Origin: a virus
Length of the DNA: 53,361 bases
IMG/VR virus record: IMGVR_UViG_3300027887_000002
Reading direction: 5' to 3' (one strand)
The notes beneath the pieces are model-generated. The model had not been told where the DNA came from, made no database searches, and saw nothing but the letters and a program-made list of their open reading frames with translations. A program made the translations under genes and the position numbers. Shown here piece after piece: positions 45,308 through 52,303 of the stretch. Each line of letters begins with the position of its first letter. Positions within the stretch are counted from its first letter, which is position 1.

Positions 45308-45568
45308 CTAGGTACATATATACCCTAGCATTTCTGTAGCCTTCTCGAATCGGGCTACTCCATCCTGTCTAGAGATGGGCTTCATTTGCCAGTTACACTT
45401 GGCATATCCCTTGCCTACTGCGCTGGTTTCAACCATCACGCCTTTATCCCACTGGTACAATTCCACATAGTACACATAGTACCTGCTGATCTCCGTAATA
45501 TAGCGTACTAGGCTCTTTTTACGGTTATCCTGGTACCACTGACCTGGCTTAAACGGGAATTCCTTCAT
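45308..45568 (-). CDS. hypothetical protein
   Basis: 86 aa. ATGA-coupled. Confidence 0.4.
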   Translation of the reverse strand: MKEFPFKPGQWYQDNRKKSLVRYITEISRYYVYYVELYQWDKGVMVETSAVGKGYAKCNWQMKPISRQDGVARFEKATEMLGYICT

Positions 45569-45723
45569 AGATCATACTTTTGGGCGATATTGACTATGAG
45601 TGAGAGAGTCCACAGAAGAGCCATGCCTATGAATAGGACAGAGATATACTTGTCCTTGTCGCTCCAGAGGAGCTTGGCGATAGAAAGGCTGGCTACTATA
45701 CCAATAAAGGGAACTGTTATCAT
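45565..45723 (-). CDS. small two-TM membrane protein
   Basis: Internal ATG 45723 overlaps the upstream TGA (ATGA). Translation: MITVPFIGIVASLSIAKLLW...ISVLFIGMALLWTLSLIVNI. Confidence 0.4.
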   Translation of the reverse strand: MITVPFIGIVASLSIAKLLWSDKDKYISVLFIGMALLWTLSLIVNIAQKYDL

Positions 45724-46190
45724 GCCGTGACTGCCTCGGTGTTGCCTACTTCGAGAATCAGGCATTGCTTGGGATGAAATACTACCTTGACCCCTTGAAT
45801 AACGTGCTTGCCGATCTCTCGGGCACATTCCTGGATTGCCATACCGCGCTCAATCTCTCGCTGGACTTCGCGGGTGAATGTACTCTGAGCCTTGGTAGCA
45901 CCCTTGGAGCGATGCAGTACCATGGTAGCGATCTCTGGGGGAATCACGATCTCCTTCTTGAACTTCATGCTGTAGGAGATGGTACATGAGACCTTTGCAT
46001 TGGCTCGCTTATTAGGCTTGATTTCGACGCTCTCCAAGCCTACTAAGAGATTCTTGAGCCTGAAAATATGCGCATTGACAGGCATAAGATGAGACTTCGC
46101 TGTCTCACCTATGGCAATCTTCTGCGCCTTGATAGGCTTCGCAACCGAAACCTCTTCGGTTACTGGTCCTACTGCCAGCATATCTTTCAT
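45720..46190 (-). CDS. hypothetical protein
   Basis: 156 aa. Preceded by palindrome 46219-46231. Confidence 0.45.
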   Translation of the reverse strand: MKDMLAVGPVTEEVSVAKPIKAQKIAIGETAKSHLMPVNAHIFRLKNLLVGLESVEIKPNKRANAKVSCTISYSMKFKKEIVIPPEIATMVLHRSKGATKAQSTFTREVQREIERGMAIQECAREIGKHVIQGVKVVFHPKQCLILEVGNTEAVTA

Positions 46191-46218
46191 GTTATCCTTT
46201 CATTGGTGGTGAAATAGG

Positions 46219-46231
46219 CGAAAACTTTTCG
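46219..46231. repeat. CGAAAA-C-TTTTCG palindrome copy (intergenic)
   Basis: ggcgaaaacttttcgcc, a 17-nt extended palindrome, 29 nt upstream of ATG 46190 (minus strand). Confidence 0.85.
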
Positions 46232-46395
46232 CCTTAGTACCGTACCCACACCTAGCGCGTGGTGACTGGCACTCGCGGTAAAGCCAAGGCTAATTTACCC
46301 ATTACTCGGACTAGTCCTGGTACCTTGGCGTTGTTTTGCCGTCCTCCCAGTGTACGGTACGAGATCAGGCGTAATGCCTTACTCGGGGGTACTAC
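46232..46395 (-). ncRNA. about 165-nt element with nested long-range inverted repeats (structured RNA or DNA element)
   Basis: GTACCGTAC (46237-46245) / GTACGGTAC (46352-46360). GCCAAGG (46283-46289) / CCTTGGC (46323-46329). AGGC-gtaat-GCCT (46367-46379). GGACTAGTCC palindrome (46308-46317). The element begins at the stop of ORF 46392-46658. Confidence 0.3.
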
Positions 46396-46658
46396 ATTGT
46401 AGCTACTGCTTGCTTCGACTGCTTCTCAGCTTTCTCGGCGAGCTTCTGTTCGGTGGTTTTTGGAGTAATCAGCGTATGGTACAGGCTGAGTTGCCCCTTC
46501 TCTCCATTGAGCCACGGTGCTTTACCACACACCATGACCATTGGCTTGTGGCTCGAAGTGCTAAAGCGAGTCTCACCTACCAATGTAAATGGACGACCAC
46601 CGTTAATACGAAGTTCGACCGTTACTGGCTTGCCTTCTACGAAGGTAAAGTCTGACAA
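46392..46658 (-). CDS. hypothetical protein
   Basis: 88 aa ORF co-oriented with its neighbours. Confidence 0.4.
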   Translation of the reverse strand: MSDFTFVEGKPVTVELRINGGRPFTLVGETRFSTSSHKPMVMVCGKAPWLNGEKGQLSLYHTLITPKTTEQKLAEKAEKQSKQAVATM

Positions 46659-46726
46659 GGGTATTGGTCTCCTTGGTACAACGTACAGATTCCCACCGAT
46701 ACTGCTGGTTTGGGCATGAATTACTA

Positions 46727-46842
46727 GGGCTACAGGGGGAATCCAACCCCCATCCCGTTACTTACCGCAAGCCGGGGGGACTCAATGAGTCACAAGGCTA
46801 ACTCGGTAGATTCCAAGCGGGACGCCTTGCATGACTATAGCC
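46727..46842 (-). ncRNA. GC-rich structured element with acceptor-like closing stem and T-arm-like hairpin
   Basis: Minus strand: GGCTATA...TGTAGCC closing stem, GGGGG-TTGGATT-CCCCC hairpin, GACTC-ATT-GAGTC hairpin. It starts 16 nt after the stop of ORF 46859-47056. It is not a canonical tRNA. Confidence 0.3.
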
Positions 46843-46858
46843 TGACCACCACCAATGG

Positions 46859-47056
46859 TCAAAGTGCTCTGGCAAGCTCCAAGAGAGACTCTGCACCGTC
46901 TATCACGGTCTGCTTGCGTCGAGCAAGTTTCTCGCCAGTAATACCTGCTTTAAGTGCTGTAAAGTAGGCACCAAGGTCATTGCGGAGGGTAAACTGCATC
47001 TCTGCAATAGGTGTACCTTGTCCTGGTCTGGGAGGTCGTTCTGCTCTTTCAGCCAC
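46859..47056 (-). CDS. hypothetical protein
   Basis: 65 aa ORF, co-oriented. Confidence 0.35.
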   Translation of the reverse strand: MAERAERPPRPGQGTPIAEMQFTLRNDLGAYFTALKAGITGEKLARRKQTVIDGAESLLELARAL

Positions 47057-47212
47057 GGTATTTTGTGTTTGTTGGACAATGCCAGCCTATGTGCTGGACA
47101 ACAGTCCGGGCTGGGGGTGCTCCCCTGTATTTTTGTCCGTACGGTTCCTACCCGTGTTTAGGGGATAGGTCAGCCCGAATTTGGATGCCCTAAATCCAGT
47201 TACAGGGCATAG

Positions 47213-47278
47213 GGGGCAGAGTAGGGATTGAACCTACATTGACCGATTTTCTCGGGGTCTTACTTAGACGATCTGCCC
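47213..47278 (-). ncRNA. tRNA-like element with truncated anticodon arm
   Basis: Minus strand: acceptor GGGCAGA/TCTGCCC (7 bp), D-arm GTCT-AAGTA-AGAC, T-arm GTAGG-TTCAATC-CCTAC. The anticodon arm is only CCGA-GAAAA-TCGG (13 nt instead of 17). It starts 6 nt after the stop of gene 47285-47521. Confidence 0.5.
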
Positions 47279-47284
47279 AAAGGA

Positions 47285-47521
47285 CTAGAGTAATACTACT
47301 GCTTTCTCGACTTGGTCGAATAGGGCTTTACTAGCCTCTTTCCGCATAGTTCCAATATAGGACACGCAGGAAGCAAAGCTAAAGCCTACAGTGGCAGTAA
47401 TACTACCGTCCTCTTCTTCGGCTATCTTCCTAAGAACCACGCCCTTACTGATTGTAGCTGACTTCCTATCGGTAAGGGTGCGATAATAGGGAGACCGCCT
47501 AGAAATGCTGACGGTTTCCAT
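47285..47521 (-). CDS. hypothetical protein (first gene of a leftward unit)
   Basis: 78 aa. Lies downstream of the divergent promoter region. Confidence 0.45.
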   Translation of the reverse strand: METVSISRRSPYYRTLTDRKSATISKGVVLRKIAEEEDGSITATVGFSFASCVSYIGTMRKEASKALFDQVEKAVVLL

Positions 47522-47611
47522 GATTTTGTACCATTGGTGGTTACTATGGGTTAGATCGAAAGGGCGAATTTAGGGCTAGAGAGACATATGACATATCTGT
47601 CGTATAGCGAA

Positions 47612-47641
47612 AAGCTATTCGTCAAAAATGTCATACGTCAA
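47612..47641 (-). promoter_or_regulatory. candidate leftward sigma70-type promoter (TTGACG-18-TAGCTT)
   Basis: Read on the minus strand. The -10 lies inside the near-palindrome CGAATAGCTTTTCG (47608-47621). Confidence 0.3.
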
Positions 47642-47766
47642 ATATGTCACATGACAAATATGGCATATCTGATAACTCATTTTTTCTCTTCCCTTTTTTA
47701 TTCTCCCCCTCATAGGTTATCAGATGCCAGCAAGAAAAGTCAAGCATATTTTTCTTCTTTTTTTTC

Positions 47767-47795
47767 TTGACATTGATATGAGATAAATGTATAAT
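47767..47795 (+). promoter_or_regulatory. consensus sigma70 promoter (TTGACA-17 nt-TATAAT)
   Basis: TTGACA 47767-47772, 17-nt spacer, TATAAT 47790-47795. Both hexamers match the consensus perfectly. Confidence 0.7.
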
Positions 47796-47859
47796 AACAT
47801 ACCTTTTGGCATGACCCTTTTTTGCGTTTCATTAGGAAAACATAACAAAACCCATGCCA

Positions 47860-47873
47860 CGAAAAGCTTTTCG
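47860..47873. repeat. CGAAAA-GC-TTTTCG perfect 14-nt palindrome (intergenic)
   Basis: cgaaaagcttttcg, located between the two rightward promoters. Confidence 0.85.
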
Positions 47874-47922
47874 TTTTATTAGTGGAACATTGAAAATAAA
47901 GTCAAAAAAGACCTTGACAGGA

Positions 47923-47951
47923 TTGACAGAACGAAAATTTTTCGCTATTGT
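47923..47951 (+). promoter_or_regulatory. sigma70-type promoter (TTGACA-17 nt-TATTGT) with the palindrome in its spacer
   Basis: TTGACA 47923-47928 (a second TTGACA is at 47914-47919). The 17-nt spacer contains CGAAAATTTTTCG (47932-47944). TATTGT is at 47946-47951. Confidence 0.55.
47932..47944. repeat. CGAAAA-T-TTTTCG palindrome copy (operator-like position)
   Basis: cgaaaatttttcg inside the promoter spacer, 60 nt upstream of ATG 48004. Confidence 0.85.
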
Positions 47952-48003
47952 ATAGAAGCAAGACGGAGAATCCGCCTGCATCACATAGCGAAAGGGTTAA
48001 GCA

Positions 48004-49089
48004 ATGGAAAAACGAACCGCAATCGAAAAGACGGAAATTGATTTTTCCGCATATATGAAAACCGAACCGATGGACGAAGCAAGAAGGTTATTAAAAAGAA
48101 AGGGGATGGAATCAAAGCAGAAAGCCTGCGACATCATAGGGGAAGCTTTGACAGGGAACCCGATGAGCTATCGAACATATATGAGGCACAAGAAAACCGG
48201 AAAAGCTGTGCAATCAATCACAAGGGTTATTTTTGTCAAGAAGGCAAACAAAGCAGATTTTTCAAAGCTTGTTTCAACCTATTTCTTTGAAGAGAAAGTG
48301 ATGCCAAAAGTCACAAAGCTAAACGAGATTGACAGCGTATGTGAGGAAAAGCTAGGCGAAACAAAAAAAGCATATGTAGAAATAAACGAAGAAGTCAAAA
48401 AGCTTTTCGCGAAAGAAATGAGCGAAGCAATCAAAAAAGACAAAGGGGAAACAATCACAAAGAAAAGCAAGTTAAGCAGAAAAGCTTTTCGCAATGAACA
48501 AGGTGAATATATAACCCCTTTATATGAAGTAGTAACAAAGCCACAAAGCATAACAAGCAAGGAATCAATCATAGAAAAATATGATGCAATGGAGAAGGAT
48601 AGAAAGAGAGAAGCAAAAAAGGAAAATAAGGCGATTGAGCATATCAAGGTAGAAGTCAAGCGGAATGTGGACATTGAACGCATAACAAAAACAGTAACAA
48701 ACTATATATATTCCCTATATTATCAAATGCGTGATGACATAGGAAGCAGATTTTCAACAAAAAGCTTTTCGCATATGGCTAGGTTCTCTCCTCAAGATAT
48801 TATTTCAGCAACATTAGAACAAGCATGGCTCGAATATATGGAGAAAGGGGAATTGCCTAGCATTCAATGGCTAATGTTAACAGCAAAGAATATGTTTATG
48901 AGGGAATATACAGTCAATAGAAAATTCTCCCCCTTAGAAATTCAAGCATTTGATGTTGACAGTTTAGAACAAGGCGATATGTGGAGCGAAGAAAGGGAAG
49001 TAGAAAGTAGTGAGCTTATATCAGATTACGGTATCAATGAAAGGGCTATTATATTTAGTGCATTGCAATGTATGCCGTGGAATAGATAA
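48004..49089 (+). CDS. Lys/Glu-rich 361-aa protein; possible DNA-binding / sigma-like regulator
   Basis: AT-rich gene with its own promoters and terminator. The C-terminal DIISATLEQAWLEY....IQWLMLTAKNMFMREY loosely resembles sigma-70/ECF region 2. The gene contains three half or near copies of the palindrome (48397, 48478, 48759). Confidence 0.5.
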   Translation: MEKRTAIEKTEIDFSAYMKTEPMDEARRLLKRKGMESKQKACDIIGEALTGNPMSYRTYMRHKKTGKAVQSITRVIFVKKANKADFSKLVSTYFFEEKVMPKVTKLNEIDSVCEEKLGETKKAYVEINEEVKKLFAKEMSEAIKKDKGETITKKSKLSRKAFRNEQGEYITPLYEVVTKPQSITSKESIIEKYDAMEKDRKREAKKENKAIEHIKVEVKRNVDIERITKTVTNYIYSLYYQMRDDIGSRFSTKSFSHMARFSPQDIISATLEQAWLEYMEKGELPSIQWLMLTAKNMFMREYTVNRKFSPLEIQAFDVDSLEQGDMWSEEREVESSELISDYGINERAIIFSALQCMPWNR

Positions 49090-49101
49090 ATAACTTTTCA
49101 A

Positions 49102-49130
49102 CCCCTTGTCGATACGGCAAGGGGTTTTTT
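49102..49130 (+). terminator. rho-independent terminator
   Basis: CCCCTTG (49102-49108), 9-nt loop, CAAGGGG (49118-49124), then TTTTTT (49125-49130). It lies 12 nt after the stop of gene 48004-49089. Confidence 0.8.
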
Positions 49131-49268
49131 ATGTGCGTCAGGCTGGGGTTACTCCCCCTTTTTGCCACACCCTGATTTTCTCGTATACGAAGAACCTTTT
49201 CGTAATTATCCGAAAATCCCGGGAAAACACTTTTAGGAAAGGACCCATCCTCAAAAAATACGAAAAAT

Positions 49269-49484
49269 TTACGTATTACGTACGAGGGATCTTACCAGGT
49301 CTTTGCGTTCTCTTAGGAAGTCATTTACGGTGTCTGTGTGGGTGCGCCAGTGTTCGTCGATGATGCCCCAGTCCTGAAGGTAGTCATTGTAGGCGTTCAG
49401 GAGGGCTCTCGCAGTCAAGATATCCTGGGATTTCGACGTATCTATAACATCTTGGGCATATGTCGAGGATTCGCTTCTTTCCAT
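49269..49484 (-). CDS. hypothetical protein
   Basis: 71 aa ORF downstream of the tRNA on the minus strand. Confidence 0.4.
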   Translation of the reverse strand: MERSESSTYAQDVIDTSKSQDILTARALLNAYNDYLQDWGIIDEHWRTHTDTVNDFLRERKDLVRSLVRNT

Positions 49485-49561
49485 GGATTTCGTGTCTAAG
49501 ATGGGAGTAAGAGAAGAATTTGTGGCATTTGTCGCATATGTAGCCCGAGAGCTTTCTCATG

Positions 49562-49633
49562 TAGCGGGGGTGGGATTCGAACCCACGACCTCCTGGTTAT
49601 GAGCCAGACGAGATACCACTTCTCCACCCCGCA
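49562..49633 (-). tRNA. tRNA-Met (anticodon CAT), initiator-type
   Basis: Full cloverleaf. Acceptor GCGGGG/CCCCGC with an unpaired U1xU72. D-arm GAGA-AGTGGTA-TCTC (A11:U24). Anticodon arm TCTGG-CTCATAA-CCAGG. Variable loop AGGTC. T-arm GTGGG-TTCGAAT-CCCAC. Discriminator A. No encoded CCA. Close to the E. coli tRNA-fMet sequence as I recall it. Confidence 0.85.
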
Positions 49634-49689
49634 TCTTTTCGCGGGCCTAACCCCGCATAAGATCTTACACCTAAATACCCTTTAGAAGG

Positions 49690-49830
49690 TCATTTGGGTG
49701 TCTTTTTCTTTTTGAGGATCTTGAGCTTTACAAGGGCTTTTCTGAGGCAGTCACCACACATGGGGGTCTGGTTCATACCAAACCATATCAACGCCTCCTC
49801 TTTGCATTTATAGCACTTCACCTTCTTCAT
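49690..49830 (-). CDS. 46-aa zinc-ribbon protein (below the ORF-track cutoff)
   Basis: Hand translation: MKKVKCYKCKEEALIWFGMNQTPMCGDCLRKALVKLKILKKKKTPK. ATG overlaps the upstream TGA (ATGA). Confidence 0.45.
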   Translation of the reverse strand: MKKVKCYKCKEEALIWFGMNQTPMCGDCLRKALVKLKILKKKKTPK

Positions 49831-50033
49831 TTCGTCTCCTCAGTAGCGACCATAATGGTATAGTCCGGCTGTTTTGTTCCCTCTTCCTTCTTCTCGTTCG
49901 CAAACATCAGAAAAGAGAACTTCCCGTCTTTCTCGCTCGCGAAAGTCTCTAGTTTCACTACGTCCATGGAAAGACTCACGAACTGCCCCTTTTTTCCTTC
50001 CCTTATCCAACCTGCCCCTACCTGCTTTAACAT
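49827..50033 (-). CDS. small protein, unknown function
   Basis: ATG 50033 is preceded by AAAGGAGA. The ORF-track start at 50054 is a GTG. Translation: MLKQVGAGWIREGKKGQFVSLSMD...KQPDYTIMV. Confidence 0.5.
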   Translation of the reverse strand: MLKQVGAGWIREGKKGQFVSLSMDVVKLETFASEKDGKFSFLMFANEKKEEGTKQPDYTIMVATEETK

Positions 50034-50941
50034 ACCGTCTCCTTTTTTTGACACACTCTATGCAACTGTAGTCCGGGTGAGCTCCCGACAACCCCAGGTG
50101 GTCGCCCCGGTTACGCCACCTGTGCTTCCAAAACTCCGTCTCGTACTTGTATCTCCTGCAGGTCGAGCATTGGTACAGCATGAGACCCTGAGAATCCCTC
50201 TTTACCTTCCTGTATTTCTTGCGCGCGACTCGCCTTCCGAGCGAACCATTCCTGTCGCTGACGCAATCGAGACAACTTGCGCTGTACCTCCCGTCCTTCC
50301 GCAGTTTGAAATTTTCTATAGGGATGTATATTCCACAGCTCGCACACAGCTTTGAGACTATCAACCCCCGTCGCATTTTTAATATCGTCGAAGACCTTGG
50401 AATCCGGGGGATATACCTTCCGAGCGTATCGTACAGACCGCCACTTAAAGCCTCTAAGGTTGAAACATGGCCTGCAGACCCTGAGAATGGCCCGCTTTCC
50501 ACTCTTGAGGTGGGATTGGACGCACTCCCTGACGGGAATATCTTTGTGACAGTCTGTGCATTCAAGTGCCTTGACTCCTCCTACTCGCTTTATCATCATT
50601 TCTATGGTCTGACGGGGCTTCTTACCAGAGGCTCGACGCTTCTGCTCCATTCTCTCAGCCTGAAATTCACAGTGACAGTGCTTGCAAAGCCTGGAAAAGC
50701 CTAAAATGAGCGTCTTTCCGTCTTTTTTGAACTCCCCAACTTCCCTCAGCCGCTCAAAACTGGTAGTGTCTCGGTATTTTGGGTGAAAAAGGGCGATTTC
50801 TTTCCATGTCTGACACTTTGTACAGAATCGGAAGGTCACAATCCCGTTCCGGATACGTATATTGTCGTTCCTGCCCTTATCCGAAGACAACCAGGCGTAC
50901 CTACCATCACTACAGGGAAAGATCTCACCCTTTGCACTCAT
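50030..50941 (-). pseudogene. four-repeat CxxC...CxxC zinc-ribbon protein split across two reading frames
   Basis: Frame A (50941 -> about 50350) carries CTKC..CKHC and CTDC..CRPC units. Frame B (about 50400 -> 50030) carries CASC..CLDC and CSTC..CIEC units of the same C-x2-C-x(8-12)-F...C-x2-C type. The junction needs a +1 shift. Confidence 0.5.
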
Positions 50942-50949
50942 AAGTATCC

Positions 50950-51126
50950 TTAAAATACCATTTTCCAGAGAAAGTATACCATGTTAATCGCGATTGGGGA
51001 AGAAATAGCCGCTACAAACCCAATACTTGGCTTTTTGTCGTCCGGAAGAACCGCTCTCCCAATCTGGAAGAAAACAAATAACAAAAGATTGAGAACAAAC
51101 AACGCTAGATTTGCGGATATATACAT
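50950..51126 (-). CDS. 58-aa two-TM membrane protein (below the ORF-track cutoff)
   Basis: Strong AAGGAGG RBS 4 nt upstream of ATG 51126. Translation: MYISANLALFVLNLLLFVFFQIG...IGFVAAISSPIAINMVYFLW. Confidence 0.45.
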   Translation of the reverse strand: MYISANLALFVLNLLLFVFFQIGRAVLPDDKKPSIGFVAAISSPIAINMVYFLWKMVF

Positions 51127-51135
51127 TCGTCCTCC

Positions 51136-51513
51136 TTAGATTGGTTCCAGTTGTGAAGGGCTTCTATCATCAGATCTGCCCGATATACTGAGGAAGTCCC
51201 GAAATATCCTGTCGCAGTCGGATAAGGTGGGTACTGGATAGTTCCTAAAACGGTAGGAGTCTCTGTGGTATTCCCAGATCCAGTGGTGGATGGGACACAT
51301 CGGGACCGCCATCCAATCATGTCCTTTAAGACCGTGATAAGATCGTCCAATATGGCTCGCCGTGATTGGCTCCCGCCCAAAACCCCCTCTATGACATACA
51401 AAGCATTGTTGTTTTCGAAGATACGCAAGGTACGCCTCGTTCCTGTATGCGGAGGAGAGCTTGGAGATGAGCCCAACTCTCCCCCGCTTTGACGGTTTAG
51501 GTACTTCTGTCAC
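51136..51513 (-). CDS. HNH-fold nuclease-like protein (Ref/DUF968-like pattern)
   Basis: CFVCH...ASHIG....GLKGHDWMAVPMCPIHH resembles CxxC...H...KxxD..vPlCxxHH zinc/HNH proteins. Preferred over the overlapping frame 51105-51476. Confidence 0.5.
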   Translation of the reverse strand: MTEVPKPSKRGRVGLISKLSSAYRNEAYLAYLRKQQCFVCHRGGFGREPITASHIGRSYHGLKGHDWMAVPMCPIHHWIWEYHRDSYRFRNYPVPTLSDCDRIFRDFLSISGRSDDRSPSQLEPI

Positions 51514-52067
51514 TGAGCCGAACCCCTATTGTCGATTCTCTCGATGAGGGGCCTCATCTTGTCGTATACCTGCATTAGGCTCTTCACATCGCAGTCACAG
51601 TGATAGACTATCGTGGAAAGAGCCTTCGAATCACCATTGTATGCGGCCCTGAGCCAAAGCCTCTGGTCTATCTTCGTCTTCTGAATGGAACAGTCGAGGA
51701 AGTAGATGAGTGCGTTCAGGCCGTTCGAACCAAGTTTCAGATTCCTGCGCGAAAGCCTCACAGGATCTACAAACTTGGTATACCGGAGTTGCTGTGGAAT
51801 CCCGTACTTGATGCACTTAGCCAAAAGCCAGGCTTTATCAAAGAACTGCCCGTTATGCGCAACAAGTATGTCGAACTGCATCAGATAATCGACGATTGCC
51901 TTTACGATATGCCTATCATCGGCACGGTTCGTCTTCCATGTCGAATAATCGTCTGCTCTGAATCTCTTAATACCTTTCTTCCCGTACTCGGCGACGCTAC
52001 AACATAAGATGATCCCCCAGTCAGCGTCTCTTGAACTGGTTTCTAGGTCGAAGATTCCTACCCTCAT
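51510..52067 (-). CDS. DEDD-type 3'-5' exonuclease (RNase H-like fold)
   Basis: VGIFDLETS (Exo I D-x-E), ILVAHNGQFFD (Exo II), and YHCDCDV (candidate Exo III). Confidence 0.7.
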   Translation of the reverse strand: MRVGIFDLETSSRDADWGIILCCSVAEYGKKGIKRFRADDYSTWKTNRADDRHIVKAIVDYLMQFDILVAHNGQFFDKAWLLAKCIKYGIPQQLRYTKFVDPVRLSRRNLKLGSNGLNALIYFLDCSIQKTKIDQRLWLRAAYNGDSKALSTIVYHCDCDVKSLMQVYDKMRPLIERIDNRGSAQ

Positions 52068-52129
52068 GTAGCTCCTGGTAGTTGTAAGTTACAACTTCGC
52101 CCTTAATATACGAAATTTAAAGGCAAAAG

Positions 52130-52303
52130 TCAAGCTCTTTCTTTGTTTTTATTGAAAAGTTCAGGATGTCTGTATCCAGACGCGATCTCCTTCCAAACAT
52201 CCCTCTCGGTCCTCGCCTTCTTGAGGTAAACCAACAAATCTTCTCTTGAAGCGTTTTCAATGTCTGGATTCAACGGTCTGTAGTCTTCGGGGAATGTGTT
52301 CAT
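52130..52303 (-). CDS. 57-aa hypothetical protein, first leftward gene (below the ORF-track cutoff)
   Basis: Hand translation: MNTFPEDYRPLNPDIENASREDLLVYLKKARTERDVWKEIASGYRHPELFNKNKERA. Confidence 0.35.
   Translation of the reverse strand: MNTFPEDYRPLNPDIENASREDLLVYLKKARTERDVWKEIASGYRHPELFNKNKERA

Noticed and set aside
45243-45317. 24-codon hydrophobic mini-ORF (MYLGYWIALLIIIVIIISAKERGR) between 45308-45568 and the ATP-grasp gene
   Set aside because: It is too short to support from sequence alone. I note it only as a possible micropeptide.
46727-46842. Possible long tRNA (type II or intron-containing)
   Set aside because: The T-loop is TTGGATT (no C56). There is no 7-nt anticodon loop, six nucleotides separate the acceptor from the first stem, and the length is 116 nt. 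I kept it only as a structured element.
47213-47278. tRNA-like element as an attP core of a temperate phage
   Set aside because: I recognised no integrase, excisionase or CI-type repressor anywhere in the genome.
47588-47770. 60-aa plus-strand ORF
   Set aside because: It lies in the divergent promoter/operator region, has a low-complexity Phe/Ser-rich translation, and ends inside the consensus promoter.
49106-49363. 85-aa plus-strand ORF after the terminator
   Set aside because: It starts inside the terminator hairpin, has no RBS, and overlaps a more plausible minus-strand ORF.
49641-49656. GCGGG-cctaa-CCCGC hairpin next to the tRNA as a terminator
   Set aside because: There is no U-tract on the transcribed (minus) strand. 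It may only be a processing or stability hairpin.
51105-51476. 123-aa minus-strand ORF overlapping 51136-51513
   Set aside because: The alternative frame 51136-51513 carries the CxxC...HH nuclease-like motifs and is ATGA-coupled to the exonuclease gene.
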